Origin: Myxococcota bacterium
GTDB taxonomy: Bacteria; Myxococcota; JACRCW01
DNA: 64,000 nucleotides
Assembly: GCA_040752415.1 (NCBI GenBank)
Contig: JBFMGU010000005.1
Span: forward strand, 26,141 to 90,140
Direction of reading: 5' to 3'
The notes under the pieces were generated by a model that saw only the letters and a list, made by a program, of their open reading frames with translations, was not told where the DNA came from and searched no databases. The first letter of the stretch is position 1, and each line of letters begins with the position of its first letter. Position numbers and translations under genes: made by a program. Positions 1 through 9,490 of this stretch are shown piece by piece.

Positions 1-1
1 C

Positions 2-592
2 TCGGCGTTCCGCGGCAGTGAGGACGCCGTGGCGTACTACGACGAGCTGCTCTCCGAGGTGAATGACCGCGTGGCGCGCAAGGAGGGCCCGGTCACTCCG
101 GACGGCATCATGACCAACGAGAAGTACCGTCTCGTCGTGGAGGGGCCACCCAACTGGACCAACTTCTTCGACTTCTGGAAGATGTTCAGCCGTGAAGGCG
201 CCACCGTTGTCTCCAGCACGTACACGCGCGTGGGTGGCCTGTATGACACCGGTTTCCGTCACAACCCCGACCACGCGCTGGAGAGCCTCGCGGACTACTG
301 CCTGGGTTGTTACACGAACCTCTCGCTGCCCGAGCGCGTGAATCTCCTCGAGAGCTACATCCGGAAGTACGAGGCGGATGGCTTCCTCATCAACAGCGTC
401 AAGAGCTGCAACTCGTTCAGCGTCGGTCAGCTGTTGATCCTGCGCCAGCTCGAGGAGCGCACGGGGATTCCCGGCGGGTTCATTGAGTCGGACCTCGTGG
501 ATCCCCGCTACTTCGGCAAGTCCAACATCGAGAACCGGGTGCAGAGCTATCTGCAGATGCTGGATGCACGCCGGCAGAGGAGCTACGCGTGA
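2..592 (+). CDS. bcrB: Benzoyl-CoA reductase subunit B (BcrB/BadE), 5'-truncated by the window edge
   Basis: 2-hydroxyacyl-CoA dehydratase-family C-terminus (YCLGCYTN, KSCNSFS, ESDLVDPRYF). The frame stays open to the window start. GTGA overlap with the bcrA-like gene. Confidence 0.85.
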   Translation, partial: SAFRGSEDAVAYYDELLSEVNDRVARKEGPVTPDGIMTNEKYRLVVEGPPNWTNFFDFWKMFSREGATVVSSTYTRVGGLYDTGFRHNPDHALESLADYCLGCYTNLSLPERVNLLESYIRKYEADGFLINSVKSCNSFSVGQLLILRQLEERTGIPGGFIESDLVDPRYFGKSNIENRVQSYLQMLDARRQRSYA

Positions 593-1965
593 AGTGCGTC
601 GTCGGAATCGACCTGGGCTCCACCACCACCAAGGCCATCCTCCTCGACGAGCAGGGAGAGATGGTGGGTCGGGGCATCACCAACAGTCGCAGCAACTACG
701 AGGTGGCGTGCGCCGTGGCGCGGCAGGAAGCGCTCACCAGCGTGCGTTTCTCCATGTTGGAACGCGCCGCGGCCCGCATTCCCGCCCCGACGGGAGACCG
801 CATCCGCGCGCTCATTCCTGGCATCCGCGAGGCGTTCCGTCTGGAGGTGTACCTGGACGAGCTGGCGGAACTGCGCAACGTCATCATGGCCCAGCTGGGG
901 CGCAGCCTCCTGCTCCGCGACGCGCGCAAGACCATGCAGCCCGCGCTCTCACGGATCCTCGACGACGTTGCCACCGACGCTCCCCGGCTCTTCCTCGGCG
1001 GCGCGCCGCGCAGGAGCGACTTCTTCCGTGATCTCGCCGGGGCCGCGTTCGTGGCCGGGGCGGAGAAGCTGTCCCGCCAGGAGGGCTTGCCGTTCGAACC
1101 GCTGGTCGGCTGCTACGACCGCGCGATCCTCGAGGTGGAGACGCGCGGCCCGCCCCGGGACATCCCCGCCATCATGGAGCGCGCCGTCGTCCGGGTGCTC
1201 AAGCGTGAGGGGGAGGTCGACGAGGGACTGCGCAACGCGTTCAAGGGCATCGTCGCTGACGTGAAGTCAATGCCCATTGAGGAGGTCGCGTTCGTGGGCA
1301 CCGGGTACGGTCGTCAGACGCTGCCGTTCCCCAAGCAATCCATCCGCTCGGAGATCCTGTGTCACGGTCGGGGCGCGCACCGCGTGTTTCCGGGGACGCG
1401 CACGGTCCTGGACATTGGCGGGCAGGACACCAAGGCCATCCAGGTGGATCACGCCGGCGTGGTGACGTCGTTCCAGATGAATGATCGCTGCGCCGCCGGC
1501 TGCGGCCGCTACCTCGGCTACATCGCCGACGAGCTGAACCTGGGCCTCCACGAGCTGGGACCACTGGCCATGCAGGCCACACGCACGGTGAAGGTCTGTT
1601 CCACGTGCACGGTGTTTGCCGGCGCAGAGCTGCGGGAACGTCTGGCGCTGGGACAACAACGCTCCGACATCCTTGCCGGACTGCACCGCGCCATCATGCT
1701 GCGCGCCATGTCGTTGCTTGCCCGCTCCGGCGGCATCAAGGATGAGTTCACCTTCACCGGCGGCGTCTGCAACAACCCCATGGCCACCAAGATCCTCCGG
1801 GATCTCGTCGACGAGAACTACAGCTCCGCCATCAAGCTCAATGCCCACCCGGACAGCATCTACATGGGCGCGCTGGGTGCCGCGCTGTTCGCCCTCGACG
1901 ACGCACGCGCCGGTCGCGGCGGAATCCTCCCCAACTTTGCCCGGCCTTCCGAGGCGGCGGCCTAA
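589..1965 (+). CDS. bcrA: Benzoyl-CoA reductase ATP-binding subunit A (BcrA/BadF), 458 aa
   Basis: ASKHA ATPase motifs GIDLGSTTTK, GTGYGR, DIGGQDTK. Fe-S cysteines in NDRCAAGCG and STCTVFA. Long insertion typical of BcrA. Confidence 0.9.
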   Translation: MKCVVGIDLGSTTTKAILLDEQGEMVGRGITNSRSNYEVACAVARQEALTSVRFSMLERAAARIPAPTGDRIRALIPGIREAFRLEVYLDELAELRNVIMAQLGRSLLLRDARKTMQPALSRILDDVATDAPRLFLGGAPRRSDFFRDLAGAAFVAGAEKLSRQEGLPFEPLVGCYDRAILEVETRGPPRDIPAIMERAVVRVLKREGEVDEGLRNAFKGIVADVKSMPIEEVAFVGTGYGRQTLPFPKQSIRSEILCHGRGAHRVFPGTRTVLDIGGQDTKAIQVDHAGVVTSFQMNDRCAAGCGRYLGYIADELNLGLHELGPLAMQATRTVKVCSTCTVFAGAELRERLALGQQRSDILAGLHRAIMLRAMSLLARSGGIKDEFTFTGGVCNNPMATKILRDLVDENYSSAIKLNAHPDSIYMGALGAALFALDDARAGRGGILPNFARPSEAAA

Positions 1966-1975
1966 GGAGCGCACC

Positions 1976-2866
1976 ATGACCGACTCCATCCATCTCACGG
2001 CGGGAATCGACGCGGGCTCCAGCTCCATCAAGGTGGCCATTGTGCGGAGCAGCGCGGGAGAGCGCGCGGAGATCCTCACCACCGCCATCCAGCGCATCCG
2101 TCGTCGGAACGTGGGCGACGTGGCGCGCGCAACGTATGAGCAGGCATGTGTCCAGGCGGGCGTGGATCCCTCCACGTTTGACTACGTGGCCAGCACCGGC
2201 GACGGCGACGCCATCCACTTTGGCACCGGTCACTTCTACGGCATGACCACCCACGCACGTGGTGCACTGGTGCTGGATCCCTCGGCACGCTCGGCGTTGG
2301 ACATCGGCGCGCTGCACGCCCGGGCCATCAAGCTCGACGAGCGTGGCCGCGTCCTGGCCCACCGCATGACCAGCCAGTGCGCCAGTGGCAGCGGGCAGTT
2401 CGTCGAGAACATTGCGCGCTACCTGGGTGTTCCGTTGGAGGACGTGGGCACGCTGAGCCTGCAGGCCTCCCGCCCGGAGGAGGTGTCCAGCATCTGCGCC
2501 GTGCTCGCGGAGACCGACGTCATCAACATGGTGAGCCGCGGCATCACCACGCCGGACATCCTCAAGGGCATCCACCTCAGCATCGCGGGACGGCTCGCCC
2601 GCCTGTTGCGCGCCATTGGCTCCGAGGGCGTGGTGCTTCTCACCGGCGGTCTCGCCAAGGACCAGGGCCTGGTGGCGGCGTTGAATGAGGCGCTGGCGTC
2701 GGACAGCGGGAAGAAGGGCGCAAAGGCGCCGCCGCTGGAGGTGCGCACGCACGAGCTCGCCCCGCTGGCGGGAGCCATTGGCGCCGCGGCGTTGGGCGCG
2801 TTCCGGTGTGAGCAGCTCAAGCGCAGTGGACGTTGGGATTCGCTCCGGCCGGCGGCTGGGGCCTGA
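1976..2866 (+). CDS. bcrD: Benzoyl-CoA reductase ATP-binding subunit D (BcrD/BadG), 296 aa
   Basis: GIDAGSSSIK, HFYGMTTHARG, MTSQCASGSGQF, SSICAVLAETD. AAGGAG RBS before ATG 1976. Confidence 0.9.
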   Translation: MTDSIHLTAGIDAGSSSIKVAIVRSSAGERAEILTTAIQRIRRRNVGDVARATYEQACVQAGVDPSTFDYVASTGDGDAIHFGTGHFYGMTTHARGALVLDPSARSALDIGALHARAIKLDERGRVLAHRMTSQCASGSGQFVENIARYLGVPLEDVGTLSLQASRPEEVSSICAVLAETDVINMVSRGITTPDILKGIHLSIAGRLARLLRAIGSEGVVLLTGGLAKDQGLVAALNEALASDSGKKGAKAPPLEVRTHELAPLAGAIGAAALGAFRCEQLKRSGRWDSLRPAAGA

Positions 2867-2886
2867 CGACGAGGAAGGACACACGC

Positions 2887-3333
2887 ATGAAGATCACCGA
2901 CGCATTGCTCGGCGAGCACGGCGCCCTGTACCCGATGATGGACAACGTGGAAGCAACGCTGAAGCGCGCCACGACGATGGAGGAGTGCCAGGCCGCCATT
3001 GGCCCGTTGCTCTCCGCGCTGATCTCACACGCCAAGCTGGAGGACGCGCTGCTCTTCCCGGCCATTGAAGAGGGAATCGGCCCTGACGGTCCGCTCGCCG
3101 TCATGCACGCGGAGCACGAACGGATCGAGGAGCTCTTTGACCGTGCGATGCACGCTCGCAGCGCCGCGGAGGCGCGCGACTACATGGCGGACGCGCTGGA
3201 GCTGACGCGGGAGCACTTCGGGAAGGAGGAGCGCGTCCTGTTCAGCATCGCGCAGCGTGTGATCCCGGCGGAACGCCTCCAACAGCTCGGCGACGACTGG
3301 GCGGAGTCCCGCCGGGTCTCACTGGCGATGTGA
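2887..3333 (+). CDS. Hemerythrin-like (HHE cation-binding) protein, 148 aa
   Basis: EH, HAKLED..LFP, EHERI, HFGKEERVLF pattern. GAGGAAGG RBS. Starts 20 bp after bcrD. Confidence 0.85.
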   Translation: MKITDALLGEHGALYPMMDNVEATLKRATTMEECQAAIGPLLSALISHAKLEDALLFPAIEEGIGPDGPLAVMHAEHERIEELFDRAMHARSAAEARDYMADALELTREHFGKEERVLFSIAQRVIPAERLQQLGDDWAESRRVSLAM

Positions 3334-3335
3334 CG

Positions 3336-5834
3336 TCACTGCGCGGGTTCCATCACCCAACGCGCAATACCGTGACACGGCCGACCACCCGCGCCCGTGA
3401 ACGGCCCGCCCACCCAGAGCGAGTCTCCGCTGACCACGAGCGACTCGGCGAGATCGTTCAATCCCTCGTCGAGGGCGTGCCAATTGGCGCCGTCCCAGTA
3501 GGCCACGAAGCTCGCGGGCACGCTGCCTGCCTGGTCGAAGATGCCGGTGACGAACGCGCCGCCGCGGTACTCATACGCCGACGTCACCAACACCAGGCCG
3601 CCATTCGCCGAGGAGACACCGCCTCCCAGGTTGTGCCACGCCGCGCCGTCCCACACCGCCATGCCCGGCAGGGACTGCCCGTCGATCTCGTCGAAGCTGC
3701 CGCCCACCAGGAGCTCGCCGCCAATCAACGCCAGCGTCGAGGCGTAGTCGTATTCCGCGCCGTTGAGACCGCTGCCAACCTGCTCCCACTGGCCGCCCTT
3801 CCACTCCGCCACGCCACGCACCGTGCGCGCGCCCGAGCTCTGGAAGAGGCCGCCGGCGAACAGCGCACCATCTGACTTCACCAACAACGACGTCACCCGA
3901 CCGTCAAACCCGTCGTGCATGGCAACCAGCGTGTCATTCTCCAGTCGGGCCACGCGGTTGAGCCCGGTGGCTCCCGCGGCCAGGAAGTCGCCGCCCACGT
4001 AGATCGTCCCGTCGGGACCTTCGGCCAGCGCGGTCACCTGTCCGTCGAGGAGCGCGCCCACGGCCTCCCACGCACCCGCGCGGTACCGCGCCAGGAAGGA
4101 CACCTGCGCGTCGCCTGACTCGTAGAACTCGCCACCGGCGTAGATGTCGCCGTTGGCGGCGCGGAGGATGGCGCGCACCGTGCTGTTGAGCCCGTCGGCC
4201 AGAGGCTCCCACGTGCCATCCGCCCGACGGTGCGCAATGTTCGTGGCCCGCACCCCCGCCACGCCATTGAACCAACCGCCCACGAGCAGACCACCCTCGC
4301 GGTCCGGCGCCACCACGTTGAGCAGACCGTTGACGCCGTTGAACTCCTGGGCGGCCGCCTTCACCGGCTCGAACGAGGCGCCACCCCAGCGCACCAGGTT
4401 CTGCACGGGAATGCCATCCGCCTCGGAGAAGATGCCCCCAATCCACGCCGTTCCGTCGGGCTCTGGGAGCACCGCGTGCGCGCCAATCACCTCGCCCAGG
4501 AAGAAGCCCAGGCGGTTCGCCAGGCCGGTGCCCATGGTCTGCCACGCGTTGTTCTCGCGGTAGGCCACGTAGGGTGACAGCACGACGTCACCGCCCTCCC
4601 CGACGGAAGCAAAGCATCCACCCACATAGGCGCGGCCCGCACCGTCAAACTCCAACGCGCGCACCACGTTGATGAATCCACCGTCGACACCGCCGGCCCA
4701 CGGCACCCAGACATTGTTCTCCAGGCGCGCCAATCCCACGCGGTAGATGCCGGCGTTCGGGTCGAGCATGAACACGAAGTAACCGCCGGCGTAGTACGCC
4801 CCGTCGGGGCCTTGGCGCAGGACGCGCACTTCCCCGGGCAGGCCCTGGGGCGGGTCATTCTCCGTCTGCGGCGGGGGCGGTCCCAGCGACGTCCATGTCT
4901 GACCATTGAGACACGCCACGTTGTTCGCGGTGACGCCGTCAATGGACTCGAACATACCTCCCACGCAGATGTCGCCGCCGGTGTTGCGGAGAAGCGAGTT
5001 GCCGATGATGGGCTGTCCTCGTGCCAGCGGAACCCAGATTCCCTCGTCGAGAACGGCCACGCCCGCGGCGGTGCCACCATCAATGGCCTCGAATGCGCCG
5101 GTGACGTAGAGGCGGTTCCCGTCGAAGAGCAGGGAGCGGATGGAGACGGGCCAGTCGGTCATGGTGAACTCGCCGGGGAGGTACGTCCACGTCGAGCCAT
5201 CCCACTTGGCCACCGCGGTACCGGTCAGGCCGTCCACCACCAGCTCACCGCCCGCGTACAGCGCTCCGTCGGGGCCCAACGCCAGCGACATCACCATGCC
5301 GTCCAGCCCGTCACCCAGCGCGTGCCACTGGTCACCATCCCACCGCGCCACGTTCAACGCGGGCGCGCCGTTGACGGCGGTGAAGAGCCCGCCCACGTAG
5401 ATGTCGCCGTTGTCGCCCTTCACAATCGTGGTGACCCGCGCGCCGTCCCCGCCGAATCCGGGGATGATCATCGTGCTGTCCCACTCGCCCTGCGTCGGCT
5501 CGAACACTCCGGCGTCGGGCGCGGTCAGTCCTCCGTCGGAGCCGGTGCCCCCGTCGTCACCACCCGCGCCGCCGTCGGCATCGCCCGCGCCCGCGTCGTC
5601 ACCACCCGCTCCGCCGTCGTCATTCCCCACGCCACCGTCGTCGACCACGGTACCGCCGTCGGATTCGCCAACGGTTCCGCCATCGTCATGGACGTGCCCT
5701 CCGGCGTCCTGTGCCGCGCTGCCGGAGGAGGAGCTCGTGCTGCTGCTCGTTCCCCCGGGGCCGGGGATGGGACAACCAAGCGTTGCTGCGCACATCAACA
5801 GGAGTGTCGTGGGAACCGCGTTCCGAGCGGCCAT
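3336..5834 (-). CDS. Secreted lipoprotein with many beta-propeller repeats (Rax2-like GGxF...W..LG repeats), 832 aa
   Basis: Lipobox-like TLGC, Ser and DDGG/DAG stalk, then more than ten repeats of Y(V/A)GGxF-x-A-x-W-x-G-x-W-x-LG. Confidence 0.8.
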   Translation of the reverse strand: MAARNAVPTTLLLMCAATLGCPIPGPGGTSSSTSSSSGSAAQDAGGHVHDDGGTVGESDGGTVVDDGGVGNDDGGAGGDDAGAGDADGGAGGDDGGTGSDGGLTAPDAGVFEPTQGEWDSTMIIPGFGGDGARVTTIVKGDNGDIYVGGLFTAVNGAPALNVARWDGDQWHALGDGLDGMVMSLALGPDGALYAGGELVVDGLTGTAVAKWDGSTWTYLPGEFTMTDWPVSIRSLLFDGNRLYVTGAFEAIDGGTAAGVAVLDEGIWVPLARGQPIIGNSLLRNTGGDICVGGMFESIDGVTANNVACLNGQTWTSLGPPPPQTENDPPQGLPGEVRVLRQGPDGAYYAGGYFVFMLDPNAGIYRVGLARLENNVWVPWAGGVDGGFINVVRALEFDGAGRAYVGGCFASVGEGGDVVLSPYVAYRENNAWQTMGTGLANRLGFFLGEVIGAHAVLPEPDGTAWIGGIFSEADGIPVQNLVRWGGASFEPVKAAAQEFNGVNGLLNVVAPDREGGLLVGGWFNGVAGVRATNIAHRRADGTWEPLADGLNSTVRAILRAANGDIYAGGEFYESGDAQVSFLARYRAGAWEAVGALLDGQVTALAEGPDGTIYVGGDFLAAGATGLNRVARLENDTLVAMHDGFDGRVTSLLVKSDGALFAGGLFQSSGARTVRGVAEWKGGQWEQVGSGLNGAEYDYASTLALIGGELLVGGSFDEIDGQSLPGMAVWDGAAWHNLGGGVSSANGGLVLVTSAYEYRGGAFVTGIFDQAGSVPASFVAYWDGANWHALDEGLNDLAESLVVSGDSLWVGGPFTGAGGRPCHGIARWVMEPAQ

Positions 5835-5958
5835 CGCAAAATCCCGAATCTCCCCCGCGAGAGGGCGCGCTCATGTGCACCCGCCGTGCCGCGGAAAGTG
5901 ACGACGAGACCCCGCGCTCGGCCGTGCGGCGCAGCCTGACGCACGCGCCAGCGCACAC

Positions 5959-6702
5959 TCAGTTTTCTGACGGGGCCAAACGCGGACGAGGACGGGAGCG
6001 CTCGCTGGGCAGCTCCTTCTCTCGGGTTAGCCACAGGGTGGCGACCACCATCAGCACGGAGGCCAGCATCCACAACCCTGCCCAGAACGTCTCCGAGATG
6101 AGCAGGAGCTTCTCCATGTTGGCGGCGTCGGAGTGCGTCCCTTCCTCGAGGTGAAACAGGACGCGGATGTCAAAGAGCGCGTTGAGGGCCACCTGCACGC
6201 CCAGGAACGTGAGGATGAAATGCGAGACCGGTCCGCGCACGTGTCTGCCCATCAGCACCAACGCGCCCCCAAGCAGGATCACCACGCCAATCCCGAACAG
6301 GTTGCGCATCCAGATGACGACGCTGAGGAGCATGGCCACGCCCAGCGCGTAGATGATGGCGTGACTGAAGCGGTGCAGGCGCGTGGCGGCCAGGAGGATG
6401 CAGCCGAAGATGCTGGCCCCCATGTAGCCGGCGCTGCTCACCACGGCGCGCGCCAGGATGGACGAGGGCAACCGGGACCGGGTGAGCCCTTCGGTGTTGG
6501 GCTCAATGGACATGGAGACCACGTCGCCGCCGACGAGGATGGCCGCCAACGCGTGACCGGATTCGTGGACCCACGTGGTGAACAGCTTGAAGGGGTAGAG
6601 GACGTACTTGCCCCACGGCGTCATGGAGAGCGCCAGGGAGAGCGCCACGGCCAACAGCAGCCAGAGCGCGCGCTTGCGGGCGGCCTCGGTTTCCGTCGTC
6701 AT
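5959..6702 (-). CDS. M50B-family intramembrane zinc metallopeptidase, 247 aa
   Basis: HESGH in a TM helix, SAGYMG, HSDA, several TM segments. ATGA overlap with the upstream gene. Confidence 0.85.
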   Translation of the reverse strand: MTTETEAARKRALWLLLAVALSLALSMTPWGKYVLYPFKLFTTWVHESGHALAAILVGGDVVSMSIEPNTEGLTRSRLPSSILARAVVSSAGYMGASIFGCILLAATRLHRFSHAIIYALGVAMLLSVVIWMRNLFGIGVVILLGGALVLMGRHVRGPVSHFILTFLGVQVALNALFDIRVLFHLEEGTHSDAANMEKLLLISETFWAGLWMLASVLMVVATLWLTREKELPSERSRPRPRLAPSEN

Positions 6703-8759
6703 GGGCCCCCCATGTTGACCGGCTCCCGACGCACGGGAATCTCCACCACCTCGTTCCCGCGACGGACCTTGAGCCACACCGTGCTCCCGGACTCGCCGCG
6801 GATGTTGCTCACGGCCTCCTGCACGCTCTTGCCGCTGAGGTCTTCTCCGTCGGCGGAGAGGACGACGTCTCCGGCCTTGAGCCCCGCGCGCGCGCCGGCT
6901 CCTTCGTCCATGAGCGACTCCACCACCACCTTGCCGTGATCCCCCTTCAACCGTGCGCCAACGCCACCAAAGCCCTGCCGCCCTTCAATCTCCCGACGGC
7001 TCCCGGGGATGAGCACCACGTCGCCCACGTCGACGGGCGCGCCATGGGGATCAATGTTCCCGGCGTTGATCCGCTTCTCGAAGAACCCGGGGTGCGAGAC
7101 GTTCAACCAGTTCCCTCCCGACGGCACACGGATGGTGAACCGCCCATCCACGCCGGTGACCGCGGATTCCGCGCCCCGCGCGAAGCGGGAGATCACCGCG
7201 CCAAGGACGGGGTTCTGGTCGGCGCGCGAGACCACGCGCCCGGTCACCACGCCGGAGCTGCGCAGCTTGATCTCGCCCACGTCCACGCTGGCCTTGCCCA
7301 GCACGTCGCCCTGCCCGCGACCCATCCGGCCATCCACGGTGGTGACCTCCACCTCGTAGCGCCCACGACGGAAGGGTCCCAGGGAAAAACGCCCGTCGGC
7401 GTCCACCACATCCCGCGCCTTGTCCATCCCGCGCCGCACCATCCCGCCCTGCGGGTTCTTGGGTCCCACGTCACGCGCGAACTCCGCCCTCACGTGGAAC
7501 GCGGTCACTGGCGCCCCCGCCTCGTCCACCACGCGTCCCTCGATCATCGCGGAGGCCGACAGCTGCAGGATGAGCGCGGTGTTGCCCGGCCGCACGTCGT
7601 CCATCACGGCCTCCAGGTCACCCAGGCGCGCGGTGACGTCGTAGTGATGCTCGTTGGGAACGTCCTCGAACAGGAAGCGTCCGTCGTCACCGGTGGTCAC
7701 GCTGGCCCACACCGCCTCCCCGCCCTGCCACTCCGGGGCCAGCTCCACCCGCGCGCCGGCCACCATCATCCCGTCGTCATCCATCACCAGCCCGCCAATG
7801 GCCGCGCCGCCCTTCTCCAGCGTGATCCGCACGCCCGTCTCGTGCGCGCCCCGACGGAGACGCACCGTGCCGCTCTTGCCATGCCGTCCGCCCCGCACCG
7901 CGTGGATCACCACGTTCCCGTCGGTGGCCAGCCCGCCCACCTCGAAGGTCCCGTCGCTGCCCGTGGTGGCATTGCCCAGGCGCACGCCGTCGTCGGACTC
8001 CACCCAGACCGAGGCACCCGGCGCCGCCGCCCCGTCCGCCTCCGTCACGCTCCCCGCCACGCTGGACGCCGGTCCCAACGTCAGCGTCACCGTCTGGTGG
8101 CCCTTCTCCGGCAGCGCCACCTCCGCGCTCGCGGCCTCGCGTCCGTCGGGGGAGCGCGCGTTCACCTGGTAGGCGCCGCGCTCGATCCCCGTGAGCCGCA
8201 GCTCACCGCGTGCGTCGGTGGTGCCACTGCGCGGCGGATTGGGCGGGCTCAGCTCCACGCGCGCGCCCGGCACGCGGGTGCCGTTGGGACGCACCACCAC
8301 CAGGCGCAGCAGCGTCGTGGGCTCCAGCCGCAGCGTGATCTCCTCGCCCGCCGGCAGGTCCATCTCCGTCGCCAGGTAGCCGTCCGCGCTCGCGTGCACG
8401 CGGCCCCGCTCCGCCACGCCTTCCACCACGAACCGCCCGTTCCCGTCGGAGTGCCCCTCCGCGCCGCCCACCCGGATCCGCGCCTCGGGCACGCCCGCCC
8501 CGGTGACGGCGTCACGCACCACCCCCTTGAGCGTCCTGGCGCTCCGCACCGACGACGTGGGCTCGTCCCACTCAGGCTCCGGGACGGGCGCGGCGCGCGG
8601 CGGTGGCGTCGGAGCCGGGGCCGTTGCCACGGGTGTGGATGCGCCCGCCTGCGGGTCGTTGCCCAGCCACAGCTCGGCCACCACCACCAGCCCCAGCAGC
8701 ACGGAGGCCAGCAGCAGCACCCAGCGCATGGGACCCAGGGAGCTTGAGGCGTGGTTCAT
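6699..8759 (-). CDS. Membrane-anchored protein with carboxypeptidase-regulatory-like repeats and a C-terminal PDZ domain, ~686 aa
   Basis: N-terminal TM helix, repeated GxV.D..G.PV.GA.V modules, and C-terminal FGGVGARL...AGLKAGDVV...IRGESGSTVWLKVRR. Start could be 8759 or 8729. Confidence 0.8.
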   Translation of the reverse strand: MNHASSSLGPMRWVLLLASVLLGLVVVAELWLGNDPQAGASTPVATAPAPTPPPRAAPVPEPEWDEPTSSVRSARTLKGVVRDAVTGAGVPEARIRVGGAEGHSDGNGRFVVEGVAERGRVHASADGYLATEMDLPAGEEITLRLEPTTLLRLVVVRPNGTRVPGARVELSPPNPPRSGTTDARGELRLTGIERGAYQVNARSPDGREAASAEVALPEKGHQTVTLTLGPASSVAGSVTEADGAAAPGASVWVESDDGVRLGNATTGSDGTFEVGGLATDGNVVIHAVRGGRHGKSGTVRLRRGAHETGVRITLEKGGAAIGGLVMDDDGMMVAGARVELAPEWQGGEAVWASVTTGDDGRFLFEDVPNEHHYDVTARLGDLEAVMDDVRPGNTALILQLSASAMIEGRVVDEAGAPVTAFHVRAEFARDVGPKNPQGGMVRRGMDKARDVVDADGRFSLGPFRRGRYEVEVTTVDGRMGRGQGDVLGKASVDVGEIKLRSSGVVTGRVVSRADQNPVLGAVISRFARGAESAVTGVDGRFTIRVPSGGNWLNVSHPGFFEKRINAGNIDPHGAPVDVGDVVLIPGSRREIEGRQGFGGVGARLKGDHGKVVVESLMDEGAGARAGLKAGDVVLSADGEDLSGKSVQEAVSNIRGESGSTVWLKVRRGNEVVEIPVRREPVNMGGP

Positions 8760-9022
8760 GGAGGACGTGAGGCCTGGAAGAGGGGAGATCGACCTCACCA
8801 AGTACGCATCGGTTGGCCCCCAGGCAATCGCCCGGGGAAGGGTGTGGCCCGCCTGCCGCAAGCGCCACCAGGCACGCAAGCGCTCACACCGCATGATTGA
8901 CCGCTTGCAGAAAGGCACGCCCCATCAGTATCCGTCCCGCTACCGGGAAGTCGGCGGGGCGTTACACCCGCCAGCACGGGGCGCAGAGCCGACCTTCCCC
9001 AAGGTGCCAGACGGAGCCGCGG

Positions 9023-9352
9023 ATGAAGTCAGTCTCTATCATCGGGGTGTTCGACAGCGCCGACGTTGCCAGCCAGGCAGCCAAGGCCCTCAACCAGTGG
9101 TTCGGCTGGATCATGGAAGGCCGGGGCGAGGAGATGCCGCCGGTCTTCGAGGACTTCGGCCTGGATTCCGAGGAGTGGGTGCTGGACCGTGACGCTGACA
9201 CGGACTGGGAGGAGACCCCCACCGCGCGCGCCAAGGGCACCACGCTCCGCGTGCAGGCCTGGACCAACGAGACGTCGGAGATGCTCGAGGGCCTCCTGGA
9301 GAGCATGGGCGCCTACGAGGTCGAGGTGGAAGAGGACGAGGAAGAGGAGTGA
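9023..9352 (+). CDS. Acidic hypothetical protein, 109 aa
   Basis: Typical GC3-rich codons, GGAG RBS, globular-looking sequence with a poly-Glu end. Confidence 0.7.
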   Translation: MKSVSIIGVFDSADVASQAAKALNQWFGWIMEGRGEEMPPVFEDFGLDSEEWVLDRDADTDWEETPTARAKGTTLRVQAWTNETSEMLEGLLESMGAYEVEVEEDEEEE

Positions 9353-9490
9353 GCCTTGCGGCACGTGACGGCGGCGCGCTTTTGACAGCCGCCCCGCCTG
9401 TGCTAGCGCTGCGCTCCTTTTCTGCGTCCTGACGCAACGCCCCGCCATGGCCACCGCGGCGGGCGCTGCCAACGTCACCCCGGAGATCCC

